This document shows positions 19,157 through 28,214 of a stretch of DNA of 64,000 nucleotides, piece by piece. Location of the stretch: the NCBI GenBank assembly GCA_963674755.2, contig CAXXVS010000003.1:928001-992000 (forward strand), given 5' to 3'. This stretch comes from Desulfobacterales bacterium (GTDB taxonomy: Bacteria; Desulfobacterota; Desulfobacteria; Desulfobacterales; UBA5852). The notes below the pieces were generated by a model, which saw nothing but the letters and a program-made list of their open reading frames with translations, did not search any database and was not told the DNA's origin. The translations under genes were made by a program, and so were the position numbers. The first letter of the stretch is position 1; each line of letters starts with the position of its first letter.

Positions 19157-19351
19157 GGCGTGGTTAAGGGCAGCAAATCATGTGCCAGGGAAAAGGCGCC
19201 GCCCGGGGGTATTCCTACCCGGGAAAAAAGCCGTTGCGCGGGCGGCTGGGGCCGGGGAGGCGTGCCTCAGGCGCAACGGCCTGTCAGTTTTTTTTACTGA
19301 TTGTAAATCAACATCGCCGGCATTCGCCTGCCAGACGATGGGGGTGTGGTA

Positions 19352-19888
19352 TCAGACGCCCCAAAAGGCGATGATCACAAACGCCAGGCAGGCCGCGCAT
19401 ACCGTGTGGCTTACGACGCCTTTTTTAAGGGGATGGAAATGCGCTTCGTTGCGCCGATGACCGTCCGGGCAGATATATTCCACGACTGTCCGGCCGCTGC
19501 GCTTGGACACGTGGCGGATCCGCCTGACCGGCGCGCCGCAGAAACCGTGCGCGTCCTTTGAGCGGGCCTGACAGGTCATGCGGTTGCCCGCGACGAGGCT
19601 GGTCAGGTTGTAGATCCAGTTCCAGGTGATGGCCCCGATCAGAAGCGTGAGCAGTATGATGATGACATGGCGCTGGGTGACCCCCAGGGACGATAGGGAA
19701 GCGCCAATATTGGCGGGGGTCAGGGGGCCTTCCACCGTTCCGAAAAGCCCCAGGTAATAAAGGAAGAAGCTGACCCCCATGACGATCAGGGTCAGGCCGA
19801 AGTTGTGCAGACGGCTACGCGCGAAGCCATGGGAAGGCCGGCCGGTTCCGGTCGTATCCATCGTCGGGGGGGGATATGATTTGCTCAT
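19352..19888 (-). CDS. Hypothetical membrane protein with a Cys/His-rich loop
   Basis: AGGAG RBS before ATG 19888; three hydrophobic segments; loop with C...C...CPDGH. Confidence 0.7.
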   Translation of the reverse strand: MSKSYPPPTMDTTGTGRPSHGFARSRLHNFGLTLIVMGVSFFLYYLGLFGTVEGPLTPANIGASLSSLGVTQRHVIIILLTLLIGAITWNWIYNLTSLVAGNRMTCQARSKDAHGFCGAPVRRIRHVSKRSGRTVVEYICPDGHRRNEAHFHPLKKGVVSHTVCAACLAFVIIAFWGV

Positions 19889-19930
19889 CGCGGGGCATCT
19901 CCTGTTTGGTCTCAAGGGCGTGGATCAAAT

Positions 19931-19960
19931 GCTCCCCGGACCGCCGGGGGTCCGGGGAGC
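19931..19960. terminator. 12-bp perfect hairpin between tauE and the downstream membrane protein gene (weak terminator or mRNA stabiliser)
   Basis: GCTCCCCGGACC / GGTCCGGGGAGC; only a short T run downstream on the minus strand. Confidence 0.5.
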
Positions 19961-19973
19961 GCAGGTTAAGGCA

Positions 19974-21020
19974 TCAGGCACCGGCCAATTTGTGCATGAT
20001 GTCCGGGATGATTTTGTAGAAGGCATAGGCCGTCAGTACGAGGCAGTAGGCCGGCACCACGATCTTCCACAGCTTTTCGGGAAAGACGCGTGTCATGTAG
20101 GGCGCCGCCACGGCCGAGAACATGGTGGCCAGCATGAAGCTGGGCAGCAGGATGTAGTCGATCTGCACCCCGCTGGTCAGCATGCCGATCCAAATCAGCA
20201 CCGCGATGGTGCTCACCGTGCCCTCGCTGATGGCGGTAACCGCCAGCATGCTCTTGACCGGTACGCCGGCCAGCAGACCGCCGATGGTCACCACCGGCCC
20301 GTAGCCGCCGCCCCCCACGCCCTTGTTGAACCCGGCCAGAGCGGCCCACAGAACCATGCGTTTGGGGCGATAGGGTCGGTCCTTCCTGGACTGGAACAAT
20401 GAAACCGCGCCCATCATGAGCAGCAGCAATGCCACGTAGAGTTTGATCCAGATTTTACCCACATGGAAGATCTTGTAGACCCCGATGATGGCCGTGAGGT
20501 TGAACAAAACGCCGGTTCCGGCGATGATGAGCCAGAGCTTGACGGTTTCGCTCATGGGTGAAAATTTCCATTCCACGTTTTCGAATTCCCGATGCAGGAA
20601 GGCCCCCACCAGGCCGGCCGCGCCCTGCTGGATCATGACCACCGGCACGATCTGTTTGGGATCGAAGCCCACCATGAGCAGCAGCGGGGTCAGGGCCGTG
20701 CCGAAGCCCATGCCGGCCGAGGCGTCCATGAATTCGAAGAAGGCGGCAATCAATACCACGCTCCAGACGATGCTCCACTCGTTGCCCATAAGCCCGTGCT
20801 CCACGACATACTTGGAGGGCATGCGTACGGTGGCCTCGAAGGGATTGCCGGCCAGCCAGATGCCCACGAAAAAGAGCACGAAGAACACGGCGATGCCGCC
20901 GCCGGCCGCCTTGACGTGGTTCCACTCGGGAATCAGGCGCTCCAATATGGTTTTCTTTTTGCCTTCGAGGTCCCGGGCGACCTCCCATCCTGCCACTCTT
21001 TCATTGGTTCCGTTGCTCAT
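19974..21020 (-). CDS. Sulfite exporter TauE/SafE (TSUP) family permease
   Basis: MDASAGMGFGTALTPLL and NKGVGGGGYGPVV repeats; many TM helices; AAGGAGG RBS. Confidence 0.88.
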   Translation of the reverse strand: MSNGTNERVAGWEVARDLEGKKKTILERLIPEWNHVKAAGGGIAVFFVLFFVGIWLAGNPFEATVRMPSKYVVEHGLMGNEWSIVWSVVLIAAFFEFMDASAGMGFGTALTPLLLMVGFDPKQIVPVVMIQQGAAGLVGAFLHREFENVEWKFSPMSETVKLWLIIAGTGVLFNLTAIIGVYKIFHVGKIWIKLYVALLLLMMGAVSLFQSRKDRPYRPKRMVLWAALAGFNKGVGGGGYGPVVTIGGLLAGVPVKSMLAVTAISEGTVSTIAVLIWIGMLTSGVQIDYILLPSFMLATMFSAVAAPYMTRVFPEKLWKIVVPAYCLVLTAYAFYKIIPDIMHKLAGA

Positions 21021-21125
21021 TTGTGCCTCCTTCCAAAAGTATTCTGATGTGGGTGAAGCGTTGTTGCATCGTTTTTGCCATCGGAAACGGTGCGGTTATG
21101 AGCCATGCTCTTGGAACCGTCCTTT

Positions 21126-21140
21126 ACAAGCGGCATGCCA
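21126..21140 (-). promoter_or_regulatory. sigma54 promoter for the tauE operon
   Basis: Minus strand TGGCATGCCGCTTGT; degenerate box TGTCCACTGCCAGTATCCA (minus strand, 21232-21250) 91 bp upstream. Confidence 0.6.
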
Positions 21141-21469
21141 GATCGGGAAGCGACCCAAAAATTTATAACTATTTGGAATAACGATTAATTCTCAACAAAC
21201 GAATAGCGCCGTGTGCTTCCCCGGGCGTGATTGGATACTGGCAGTGGACACCCTCTGTGGCGGGTGTCTTTCGCTGGAGGACAAGCCCTTGGCGGTTTTT
21301 GGAAGGCACGTTGCCGCGGTCGGTCGGGGTAGCGGCTAACGTGGTGGGAATAGAGAAGGCCGAAAAAAGAACCCGTCCAGCCAGGGGCAGTTGGCCGGAC
21401 GGGCTCCGCGGGGTGGATGACGGCGCCAGGGAGGAGCCGCATCCAGGGGGTGATTCGGTTAGAGGCCCA

Positions 21470-22231
21470 TCATTGCTGATCGCTCATGACGGTGGCGCCC
21501 TGAGGGGCTGCCAAGTCCATGGCCGTTTCCGGTTCCTGGGCGGTCTGCCGGCGCCGGATCAATATCCATTGGCCCAGGGCAACGACGCCGACCGTAAAGA
21601 AGATCATTACGCCGTATTCCACGGCCTTGGTGGGATGCAACAGATTGTGGACATAGGGGTCGGTGATCATCATCTCGCCGCCGACCTTGCCCAGGATGGC
21701 GGAGCCGATATAGACGATAATGGGATAGCGGTCCATGAGCTTGGCCAGCAGGGAACTCATGAAAACCACGAAGGGGATGCTCAGGGCCAGCCCGAAGATG
21801 AGCAGGAAGAAGTTGCCGTGGGAGGCCCCGCCCACGGCCAGCATGTTGTCGATGCCCATGCTCATGTCCGCCACGATGATGATCCATACGGCCTGCCATA
21901 GATTGCCCGCCTCGCGGACGTTTTCATCCTCGGCGCCTTCCACCAGCAATTTGACGGCAATCCACAAAATGACCGCGCCGCCCAGAAGCTTGACGAACGA
22001 AATCATGAGCAGTTTGGCAACGAAGAAGGTGCAGATGACCCGGACGATAACGGCCCCGGCGGCCCCGGCGGTGATGCCCCAGGTCCGCTGGCGCCCGGTG
22101 AGCTTTTTAACGGCCAAGGCGATGACCACCGCATTGTCGCCGGCTAATACCAGATCGATAATCACGATACTGACCAGGGCGGAAAAAAACTGTGCGTTGA
22201 GATGAATTTCTCCCAAAAAACCGAGATCCAT
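21470..22231 (-). CDS. TerC/YjbE family metal-transport membrane protein
   Basis: IDLVLAGDNAVVIA and ADMSMGIDNMLAV motifs. Confidence 0.9.
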   Translation of the reverse strand: MDLGFLGEIHLNAQFFSALVSIVIIDLVLAGDNAVVIALAVKKLTGRQRTWGITAGAAGAVIVRVICTFFVAKLLMISFVKLLGGAVILWIAVKLLVEGAEDENVREAGNLWQAVWIIIVADMSMGIDNMLAVGGASHGNFFLLIFGLALSIPFVVFMSSLLAKLMDRYPIIVYIGSAILGKVGGEMMITDPYVHNLLHPTKAVEYGVMIFFTVGVVALGQWILIRRRQTAQEPETAMDLAAPQGATVMSDQQ

Positions 22232-22294
22232 TTTATACCCCCTATGTTTAATGATTTCCGATGAACGTTGTCATTTTTGTCTGGGGAGCTAAAA

Positions 22295-22310
22295 AGCAAT
22301 TGGCGTGCCT
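22295..22310 (-). promoter_or_regulatory. sigma54 promoter for the terC-like gene
   Basis: Minus strand AGGCACGCCAATTGCT; IHF-like TATCAGATGATTA at 22349-22361; TGTC-N11-GACG at 22404-22422. Confidence 0.7.
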
Positions 22311-22460
22311 TATTCACTTCATTTGGGAGAAGTATTTTTCCAACGTGATATCAGATGATTAAGCTTAATGGAGGGAAGCTGCTAGGATGCCGGCAGCCAT
22401 TAGTGTCACTTGTGCGGAGACGCCGGTGAAATAGACAGGTGACAGATTTTTGAATCGATT

Positions 22461-23747
22461 CTACGGTTCCCCGGCCAGGTGTGCGGCAATTGCGCGAAAG
22501 ACGGCGAGCGATTCGGATGCCATTTCTGTTCCGATCTGCAGGTCATCGGCATCGGCCGAGGTCTTGACGATCACCACGCGATGGCGCGGATGAATGTAGA
22601 TGAACTGGCCGCCAATCCCCATGGCGTAATAGTCTCCCTCGGGAGGGTCCGGCAGCCACCACTGGTAGCCGTATCGCTGGGAAGGCCGGGATGTCGTGTT
22701 GGCGCTCCTCGGCTTCGGGTGCGGGTGGTCGGGGGCCACCGAAGCCCGGACCCAGTGGGCCGGGAGGATCTGCTGACCGCGGAAATTTCGCCCCGCATTT
22801 AAGAAGAGAAGTCCGAAACGGGCATAATCCCGAAGGCTGGCATTGAGGCCGCCGAAGGCCATTTCCATGCCGCTATCATCCACCAGCCAAAAGGCATCCG
22901 CCTCGACCCCCAAGCGGGACCACAGCTTCTCCTCCATATAGGTGCTCAGGCTACGCCCGGTAGCCTCCCGCAGCACCATGGCCAACACTTGCGCATCCAT
23001 GCTCACCATGCCATGGGCTTTACCCGGCGGTCGGATCCGGCGGGTGGCGACAACGATATCATCCATGACGGTACCCCAGGCGATGGAACGCCACACGCGG
23101 TTGATGTCCGATGCGAGCCGGGCATAATTTTCGTCGAAAACGATCCCCGAGGACATTTGCAAGGCGTCCTGCAACGTGACCCCGGCATACCCGGAGATGT
23201 TCAGCAGCGGAACATAGTCGTTGACCAGGTCGGTCGTGCTGCGGAGCAGCCCTTCCTCCAGGGCGCAGCCCGCAAGGGCCGTGATGACGGGATGACTTGC
23301 GGACCAGGCCACCCAATGGGTGCGGGCGTCGTTTCCCCGGTAATAGCGTTCGAAGGCGATCGCCCCGTCGTGCACGACAATAAGGCCGCTGGTGGTGGTG
23401 GCCGCAATCCATCCCGTCAGGTCATGCGCGCTTCCCATGTAGACGTAGGATTCGGGGAGGGGCTTGTTGTTGTAAGGCAGCCGGTAGGTCGGTCCGCTGC
23501 GGCGTACGGTCGTATAATCCCAAACACGGGTCATGCTCCTGAAGTTTTCGACAATCGCGGAGGGCTGAAAGAGTGTGAGGACGAAATGGAGGCGAAAGAG
23601 ATCCTTTTTCAAAAGCTGGGAGACGCCCAACAGGACGAGCAGGACGACGCCGATGGTGAAGCCGATTTTACGCCATATGGGGTTTTGGAAAGCGACCACG
23701 CTTGGACTCCCGGCCCGGACGATTCCGGAAGCGTATCGGCCGGGCAA
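22461..23747 (-). CDS. Beta-lactamase-fold serine hydrolase (NylB/class C-like), catalytic motifs degenerate; start uncertain
   Basis: N-terminal TM; GLIVVHDG...FERY, LQMSSG, YMEEKLWSRLG, RDYARFG, YGYQWW, AMGIGGQFIYI; SxxK reads SASH. Confidence 0.85.
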   Translation of the reverse strand: MPGRYASGIVRAGSPSVVAFQNPIWRKIGFTIGVVLLVLLGVSQLLKKDLFRLHFVLTLFQPSAIVENFRSMTRVWDYTTVRRSGPTYRLPYNNKPLPESYVYMGSAHDLTGWIAATTTSGLIVVHDGAIAFERYYRGNDARTHWVAWSASHPVITALAGCALEEGLLRSTTDLVNDYVPLLNISGYAGVTLQDALQMSSGIVFDENYARLASDINRVWRSIAWGTVMDDIVVATRRIRPPGKAHGMVSMDAQVLAMVLREATGRSLSTYMEEKLWSRLGVEADAFWLVDDSGMEMAFGGLNASLRDYARFGLLFLNAGRNFRGQQILPAHWVRASVAPDHPHPKPRSANTTSRPSQRYGYQWWLPDPPEGDYYAMGIGGQFIYIHPRHRVVIVKTSADADDLQIGTEMASESLAVFRAIAAHLAGEP

Positions 23748-23918
23748 CGGAAATTTTTTCGAACCGGAGGCCTATAGGGTCCCGTTCCCTTATTGTCTAT
23801 CCCGGTAGGCGGTGAAACTCAAGCGGCTTGCTGGCAAGATATTCAGGCGGATGGGCAACGACGCGACAAGCACCTGCGCGGGGGGGCTCCGGCAGGTGCT
23901 CGTTTCTGAAGATTGGGG

Positions 23919-24806
23919 CTACAGTTTGAACTGCTTTTTGAATTCCTCACGGGGAATGATGCCGTCCTCCCGGACGATAAAATCGACATGGTCCAAATCC
24001 ACCAGGCAGTGGGAATGGATGGTCATGGAATAGCTGGTATGCCCTTCCGTCCGATTTTCATGCTTTTCGTGGATGCGGTGGGCGGAGCTGGGTTTATGCG
24101 AGAACTTGAGACTGTTGGCAAAGAGATAAATCGGAATCTTGTTCAAATGGCACAAACCGACAACTTCCGCCGCTCCCAAAGGGCACACGGCCCTGTGATC
24201 CGGGGTGATGGAAATGGTGCCCAGGAAGAACTTGTTGGCTTTGACAATGAAGTTGCTCAGGTTGTACTCGGGGATGACTTGATGGTCGATGTTCTCGCCA
24301 TGGGCCGTCCATATCAGCTTGCGGGTTTTGGTGAAATCCTGCTTCAAAATCAGCACCTCGAAGGGTTTGCCGATCTTGTTGGCTTGGACGAGGGTATCGC
24401 GGATGGACGCGCTGGTGGAGTAGACGATGATGACGTCGTAGCGATCGATGCACTTCAAGCCGCTCACGACCATCTGTTCGCCGATCGTCTTGAGCCGATC
24501 GATCTTGGACGTGAGGGCGCCGACGATTTTGTTCTTGGTGGCTTGGCAGTCGTCACTGTATTGGCCGGTCATCTCCTTTTCGAAATCTTCGATCAGGTGC
24601 ACCAGCGGTGTAACCTGGGGCTCGGTATTTTTAATGGTTTCAACAAGCTCGGTCACCAAAGGCTCCAGCTTCCCGGCCGAACATCTAAGATCCTGGATGG
24701 AGCGGCGAAACGATTCCAGGGCCACCTGGGTTGTACCATGGGTTCCCAGGACGTCGCCGTGGTCACGGAAGAGTTTGAACAGATTTTGACGGTCGATTTC
24801 TTTCAT
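23919..24806 (-). CDS. eIF2B alpha/beta/delta (IF-2B; MtnA/ribose-1,5-bisphosphate isomerase-like) family protein
   Basis: Helical N-domain then Rossmann-like domain (IIVYSTS, VLILKQ, FFLGTISI, IPIYLFANSLKF, DFIVREDG); ATG 24806 overlaps the transporter stop. Confidence 0.75.
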   Translation of the reverse strand: MKEIDRQNLFKLFRDHGDVLGTHGTTQVALESFRRSIQDLRCSAGKLEPLVTELVETIKNTEPQVTPLVHLIEDFEKEMTGQYSDDCQATKNKIVGALTSKIDRLKTIGEQMVVSGLKCIDRYDVIIVYSTSASIRDTLVQANKIGKPFEVLILKQDFTKTRKLIWTAHGENIDHQVIPEYNLSNFIVKANKFFLGTISITPDHRAVCPLGAAEVVGLCHLNKIPIYLFANSLKFSHKPSSAHRIHEKHENRTEGHTSYSMTIHSHCLVDLDHVDFIVREDGIIPREEFKKQFKL

Positions 24807-26107
24807 AATGACACCCATAGATAGACGGATAAAAAGATGGAAGCGACGACCAGTGTGATCAAGGTGATAACGGCACTAACCTTCATGAATTCCAGGAAAC
24901 TGATATTGACGTTGTGCCGTTTGGCCATGCCCACGGAGACGATATTGGCGGAAGCGCCGATCATGGTGAGGTTGCCGCCCAGGCAGGCCCCCAAAGACAA
25001 GGCCCACCAGAGAATGTCGTTCGGAATCGGGTGGGATTCGAGCATGAGTTTGACGATGGGGATCATGGTGATCGTGAAGGGAATGTTGTCCAGGAAACCG
25101 GAGACAATCCCGGAGACCCACAGGACCATCAGCACGATCACGTAAGGGTTGTCCCCGACCCTCAGAAACACGTTGTGGGCAATCCATTCCAGCACGTGTT
25201 TTTCTTCCAGAACCCCCACCAGGATGAACAGGCCGGAAAAAAACAGCAGCGTGGTCCACTCGATTTCCTCCATGAGGTGTTCCACGTCGACGTTGGTAAG
25301 CATGATAAGAAGCATGGCGACGGTCAGCGCCACGACCCCGGGGGACATGCCGGTGATGGTTTGGGTGACGAACAGCAGAATTGCCAGGGCCAGGCAGGAC
25401 AGCCCTTTTGTCAGGAATACGCGGTCAATTTTGGTGGTCAGAAATTCATTGCGGATTTTTTCCAGCAATAGCTGGACGCTGAACAGTTTGGCCAGGTTCG
25501 TGTCGATGGGCCGGAACTTTTCGCGGTTGGTCATCCATAGATAGAGCAGGCCGCCTGCGAAACACACGGCTACGGGAAGACCCAGGTTCAAAACGAAGGC
25601 GTTGAAGGTCAGCCCCACCTTGGAACCGATGATGATGTTCGGGGGGTCACCGATCAGCGTGGCGGTGCCCCCGATGTTGGAAATCACCGCCTGGCTGATG
25701 ACATAGAGCTTGGGATCGAGCCCCATGCCGGTGGTCAGTTCAATGACGATGGGGATGATGATCAGAACGGTGGTGACATTGTCGAGAAAGGCCGACAATA
25801 GGGCCGTCACGACCGAAAAGAAAATGAGAATTTTGAGCGGGCTGCCTTTGGTCAGTTCGGCAATTCGCACCGAAAGCATGGTAAACACGCCGGTGCGCCG
25901 CAGGATGGCCACGATCGTCATCATTCCCAGGAGCAGCATGATGGTTTCCGTATCGATGAAGGCAATCGCTTCACGTTCGTGCACCACATGCAGGATGAGC
26001 AGCACCATCACGCCAAATAGCGCGGCAACGGCCTTGTTGACCAGCTCAAGGGAAATGGCCACATAGACCAGAAGAAATATGATAATTGGGAGAAGAGCCC
26101 CTTCCAT
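24803..26107 (-). CDS. ArsB/NhaD (ion transporter superfamily, SLC13/P-protein-like) permease
   Basis: SAFLDNVTT, SNIGGTATLIGDPPNI, SGFLDNIP, GACLGGNLTMIGASAN; AAGGAG RBS. Confidence 0.92.
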   Translation of the reverse strand: MEGALLPIIIFLLVYVAISLELVNKAVAALFGVMVLLILHVVHEREAIAFIDTETIMLLLGMMTIVAILRRTGVFTMLSVRIAELTKGSPLKILIFFSVVTALLSAFLDNVTTVLIIIPIVIELTTGMGLDPKLYVISQAVISNIGGTATLIGDPPNIIIGSKVGLTFNAFVLNLGLPVAVCFAGGLLYLWMTNREKFRPIDTNLAKLFSVQLLLEKIRNEFLTTKIDRVFLTKGLSCLALAILLFVTQTITGMSPGVVALTVAMLLIMLTNVDVEHLMEEIEWTTLLFFSGLFILVGVLEEKHVLEWIAHNVFLRVGDNPYVIVLMVLWVSGIVSGFLDNIPFTITMIPIVKLMLESHPIPNDILWWALSLGACLGGNLTMIGASANIVSVGMAKRHNVNISFLEFMKVSAVITLITLVVASIFLSVYLWVSL

Positions 26108-26290
26108 CGCGTTTGACTCCTTTTTTTTAACCTTAGGGGGACAGTCGTCGCATTTATGAGACTAAAAAACGCTACATATAGCGGCCCAACCTATTGTGGC
26201 AATCATTATTAACCGAGCAGCGTTCACCGGATAAAAGCTGTTCAAAATTTATAGTATGCTCTCATAAGGCCCGCCTGATGGCCGGCAAGG

Positions 26291-26319
26291 TTGAATTCCA
26301 AGCCTGATGATTTTATAGT
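26291..26319 (+). promoter_or_regulatory. sigma70 promoter upstream of the DHH-MBL-sirC-ccsA-hemA cluster
   Basis: TTGAAT-N17-TATAGT. Confidence 0.5.
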
Positions 26320-26428
26320 AGCCCATTTGATGGTCCTTCATGATGGGGCGCAGAGCGCTTTTCTCCAGGGGCACGGCGGGCACCGCTTGCCACGGCGCCG
26401 GCCCAAAACTTTTCTGAAAGCCTGGGCG

Positions 26429-27442
26429 ATGATATCCAAAGCCAAGGAGCGGCTGCGTCGCTTTTACCAGCAGTTTGCGAACAGTGATCAGGTACTGATC
26501 CTGATCAATGCCGACCCGGATGCCATTGCCAGTGCCATGGCGGTGAAGCGACTCCTCTGGCGGCGGGTGGCCGGCGTCACCATCGCTCATATCAATGTCC
26601 TGCAGCGGCCGGACAACCTGACCATGATCCGGCTGCTGGGCGTCCGGATGGTTCATCTGGACAGCATCGATCCGACCCGTTATGCGCGCCTGGTGCTCGT
26701 GGATTCCCAGCCGAACCACAACGAAGCGTTGGACCGCTTTACCTATGATGCCATCATTGACCACCATCCGGACAGCCGCCCCAAGGGCGGTCATGTGGAC
26801 ATCCGCCCCAAATACGGTGCCACGGCCAGCGTGCTGACCGAGTACCTGCGGGCGGCCAAGATCAAGCCCAGCCGCAAATTGGCCACGGCCCTTTTTCATG
26901 CCATCAAGGTCGACACCTGCAATTTCGAGCGTGAGACCCTGATCGAAGATGTCATTGCGTTTCAGTATCTTTTCCGGTATGCGAATATCCCCCTGGCCCG
27001 GCGCATCGAGCAGGCGGACCTGAAGCTGGATTATCTGGCGTTTTTCCGCAGGGCCATTCAGGTGCGGCGTTTCCGCAGGGGGAAGATATTCGCCTACCTG
27101 GGGACAGTGCCCCATCCGGATGTTTGTGTGCTGATCGCGGATTTTTTCATGCGGGTGGAAACGGTGGCCTGGAGCATCGTGGCGGGACGCCACGGCCACC
27201 ATCTCGTGGTGATCCTGCGCAACGACGGGATTCGTAAGGACGCCGGGGCGTTGGCCCAATGCAGCTTTGGGGAATTCGGATCGGCCGGCGGCCATAAGAC
27301 CATGGCACGTGCCGAACTGGCCCTGCCGGCCGTTGGTGAAGCCGTTGACTATACCCACAGTAAGCGCATGATGGAATGGTTGATCCATCGTGTCGAACAA
27401 CGTACCTGGACGAATCGTGACATCGACTGCAAACATACCTGA
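26429..27442 (+). CDS. DHH/DHHA1 family phosphoesterase
   Basis: NADPDAIASA, LVDSQ, IDHHP, KVDT, AGGH motifs; start ATG 26429 chosen. Confidence 0.88.
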   Translation: MISKAKERLRRFYQQFANSDQVLILINADPDAIASAMAVKRLLWRRVAGVTIAHINVLQRPDNLTMIRLLGVRMVHLDSIDPTRYARLVLVDSQPNHNEALDRFTYDAIIDHHPDSRPKGGHVDIRPKYGATASVLTEYLRAAKIKPSRKLATALFHAIKVDTCNFERETLIEDVIAFQYLFRYANIPLARRIEQADLKLDYLAFFRRAIQVRRFRRGKIFAYLGTVPHPDVCVLIADFFMRVETVAWSIVAGRHGHHLVVILRNDGIRKDAGALAQCSFGEFGSAGGHKTMARAELALPAVGEAVDYTHSKRMMEWLIHRVEQRTWTNRDIDCKHT

Positions 27443-28214
27443 CGGCATCCGCGTTACGGTCCTGGGCTCCGGCACCTGCGTACCGCGCCTGGCGCGCAGC
27501 GCCTGTGCGGTCCTGATGCGGGTGGGCGGAAAACAGCTGGTCTTCGATGCCGGACCGGGTACGATGCGTCGCCTGCTGGAGGCCGGCAGCGATATCTACC
27601 AAATCGATTATCTGTTTTTGAGTCATTTCCACCCGGATCACAGCGCCGAGCTGGTGCCGTTATTGTTTGCCACCAAATATCCGGATGCCCAGCGCCGCCG
27701 CAAGTGTCTGACGATCGTCGGCGGGCCCGGATTGAAACACTTTTTTGAAAGCCTGGTAGCGGTTTACGGGCATTGGATTCAGCTGGCCGAGCATCAGATC
27801 AAATTTATCGAGCTGACCGACCGGCCGGGGGACGCCCTCGACGACGGGGGGATTCGGATCACCGCCGCTCCGGTGGTGCACAATCCGGAAAGTGTGGCCT
27901 ACCGGGTCGAAACCCCTTCCGGGGCCTCCGCGGTCTATTCCGGGGATACGGATTATGCCGATCGACTGGTAACCCTGGCCCGCCGGGCCGGTTTGCTGAT
28001 ATGTGAGTCGGCCGTGCCCGATGAAGAGAAGATCCCGGGTCACCTTACACCGGCCCTGGCCGGCCGGATCGCCAGCGAAGCCGGGGTGCGCCAATTGATG
28101 CTGACCCATTTTTATCCGGCCTGCGATCATGCCGATATCGCGGCCCAGTGCCGGCGCACCTACCAGGGACCGCTGGTTCTGGCGGAAGATCTCCTGACGG
28201 TGCAGGTGGCTTGA
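27390..28214 (+). CDS. Metallo-beta-lactamase fold hydrolase, RNase Z/BN-like (start uncertain)
   Basis: VLGSGT, FDAGPG, SHFHPDH, YSGDT, GHLT, LTHFYP. Confidence 0.88.
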   Translation: MSNNVPGRIVTSTANIPDGIRVTVLGSGTCVPRLARSACAVLMRVGGKQLVFDAGPGTMRRLLEAGSDIYQIDYLFLSHFHPDHSAELVPLLFATKYPDAQRRRKCLTIVGGPGLKHFFESLVAVYGHWIQLAEHQIKFIELTDRPGDALDDGGIRITAAPVVHNPESVAYRVETPSGASAVYSGDTDYADRLVTLARRAGLLICESAVPDEEKIPGHLTPALAGRIASEAGVRQLMLTHFYPACDHADIAAQCRRTYQGPLVLAEDLLTVQVA

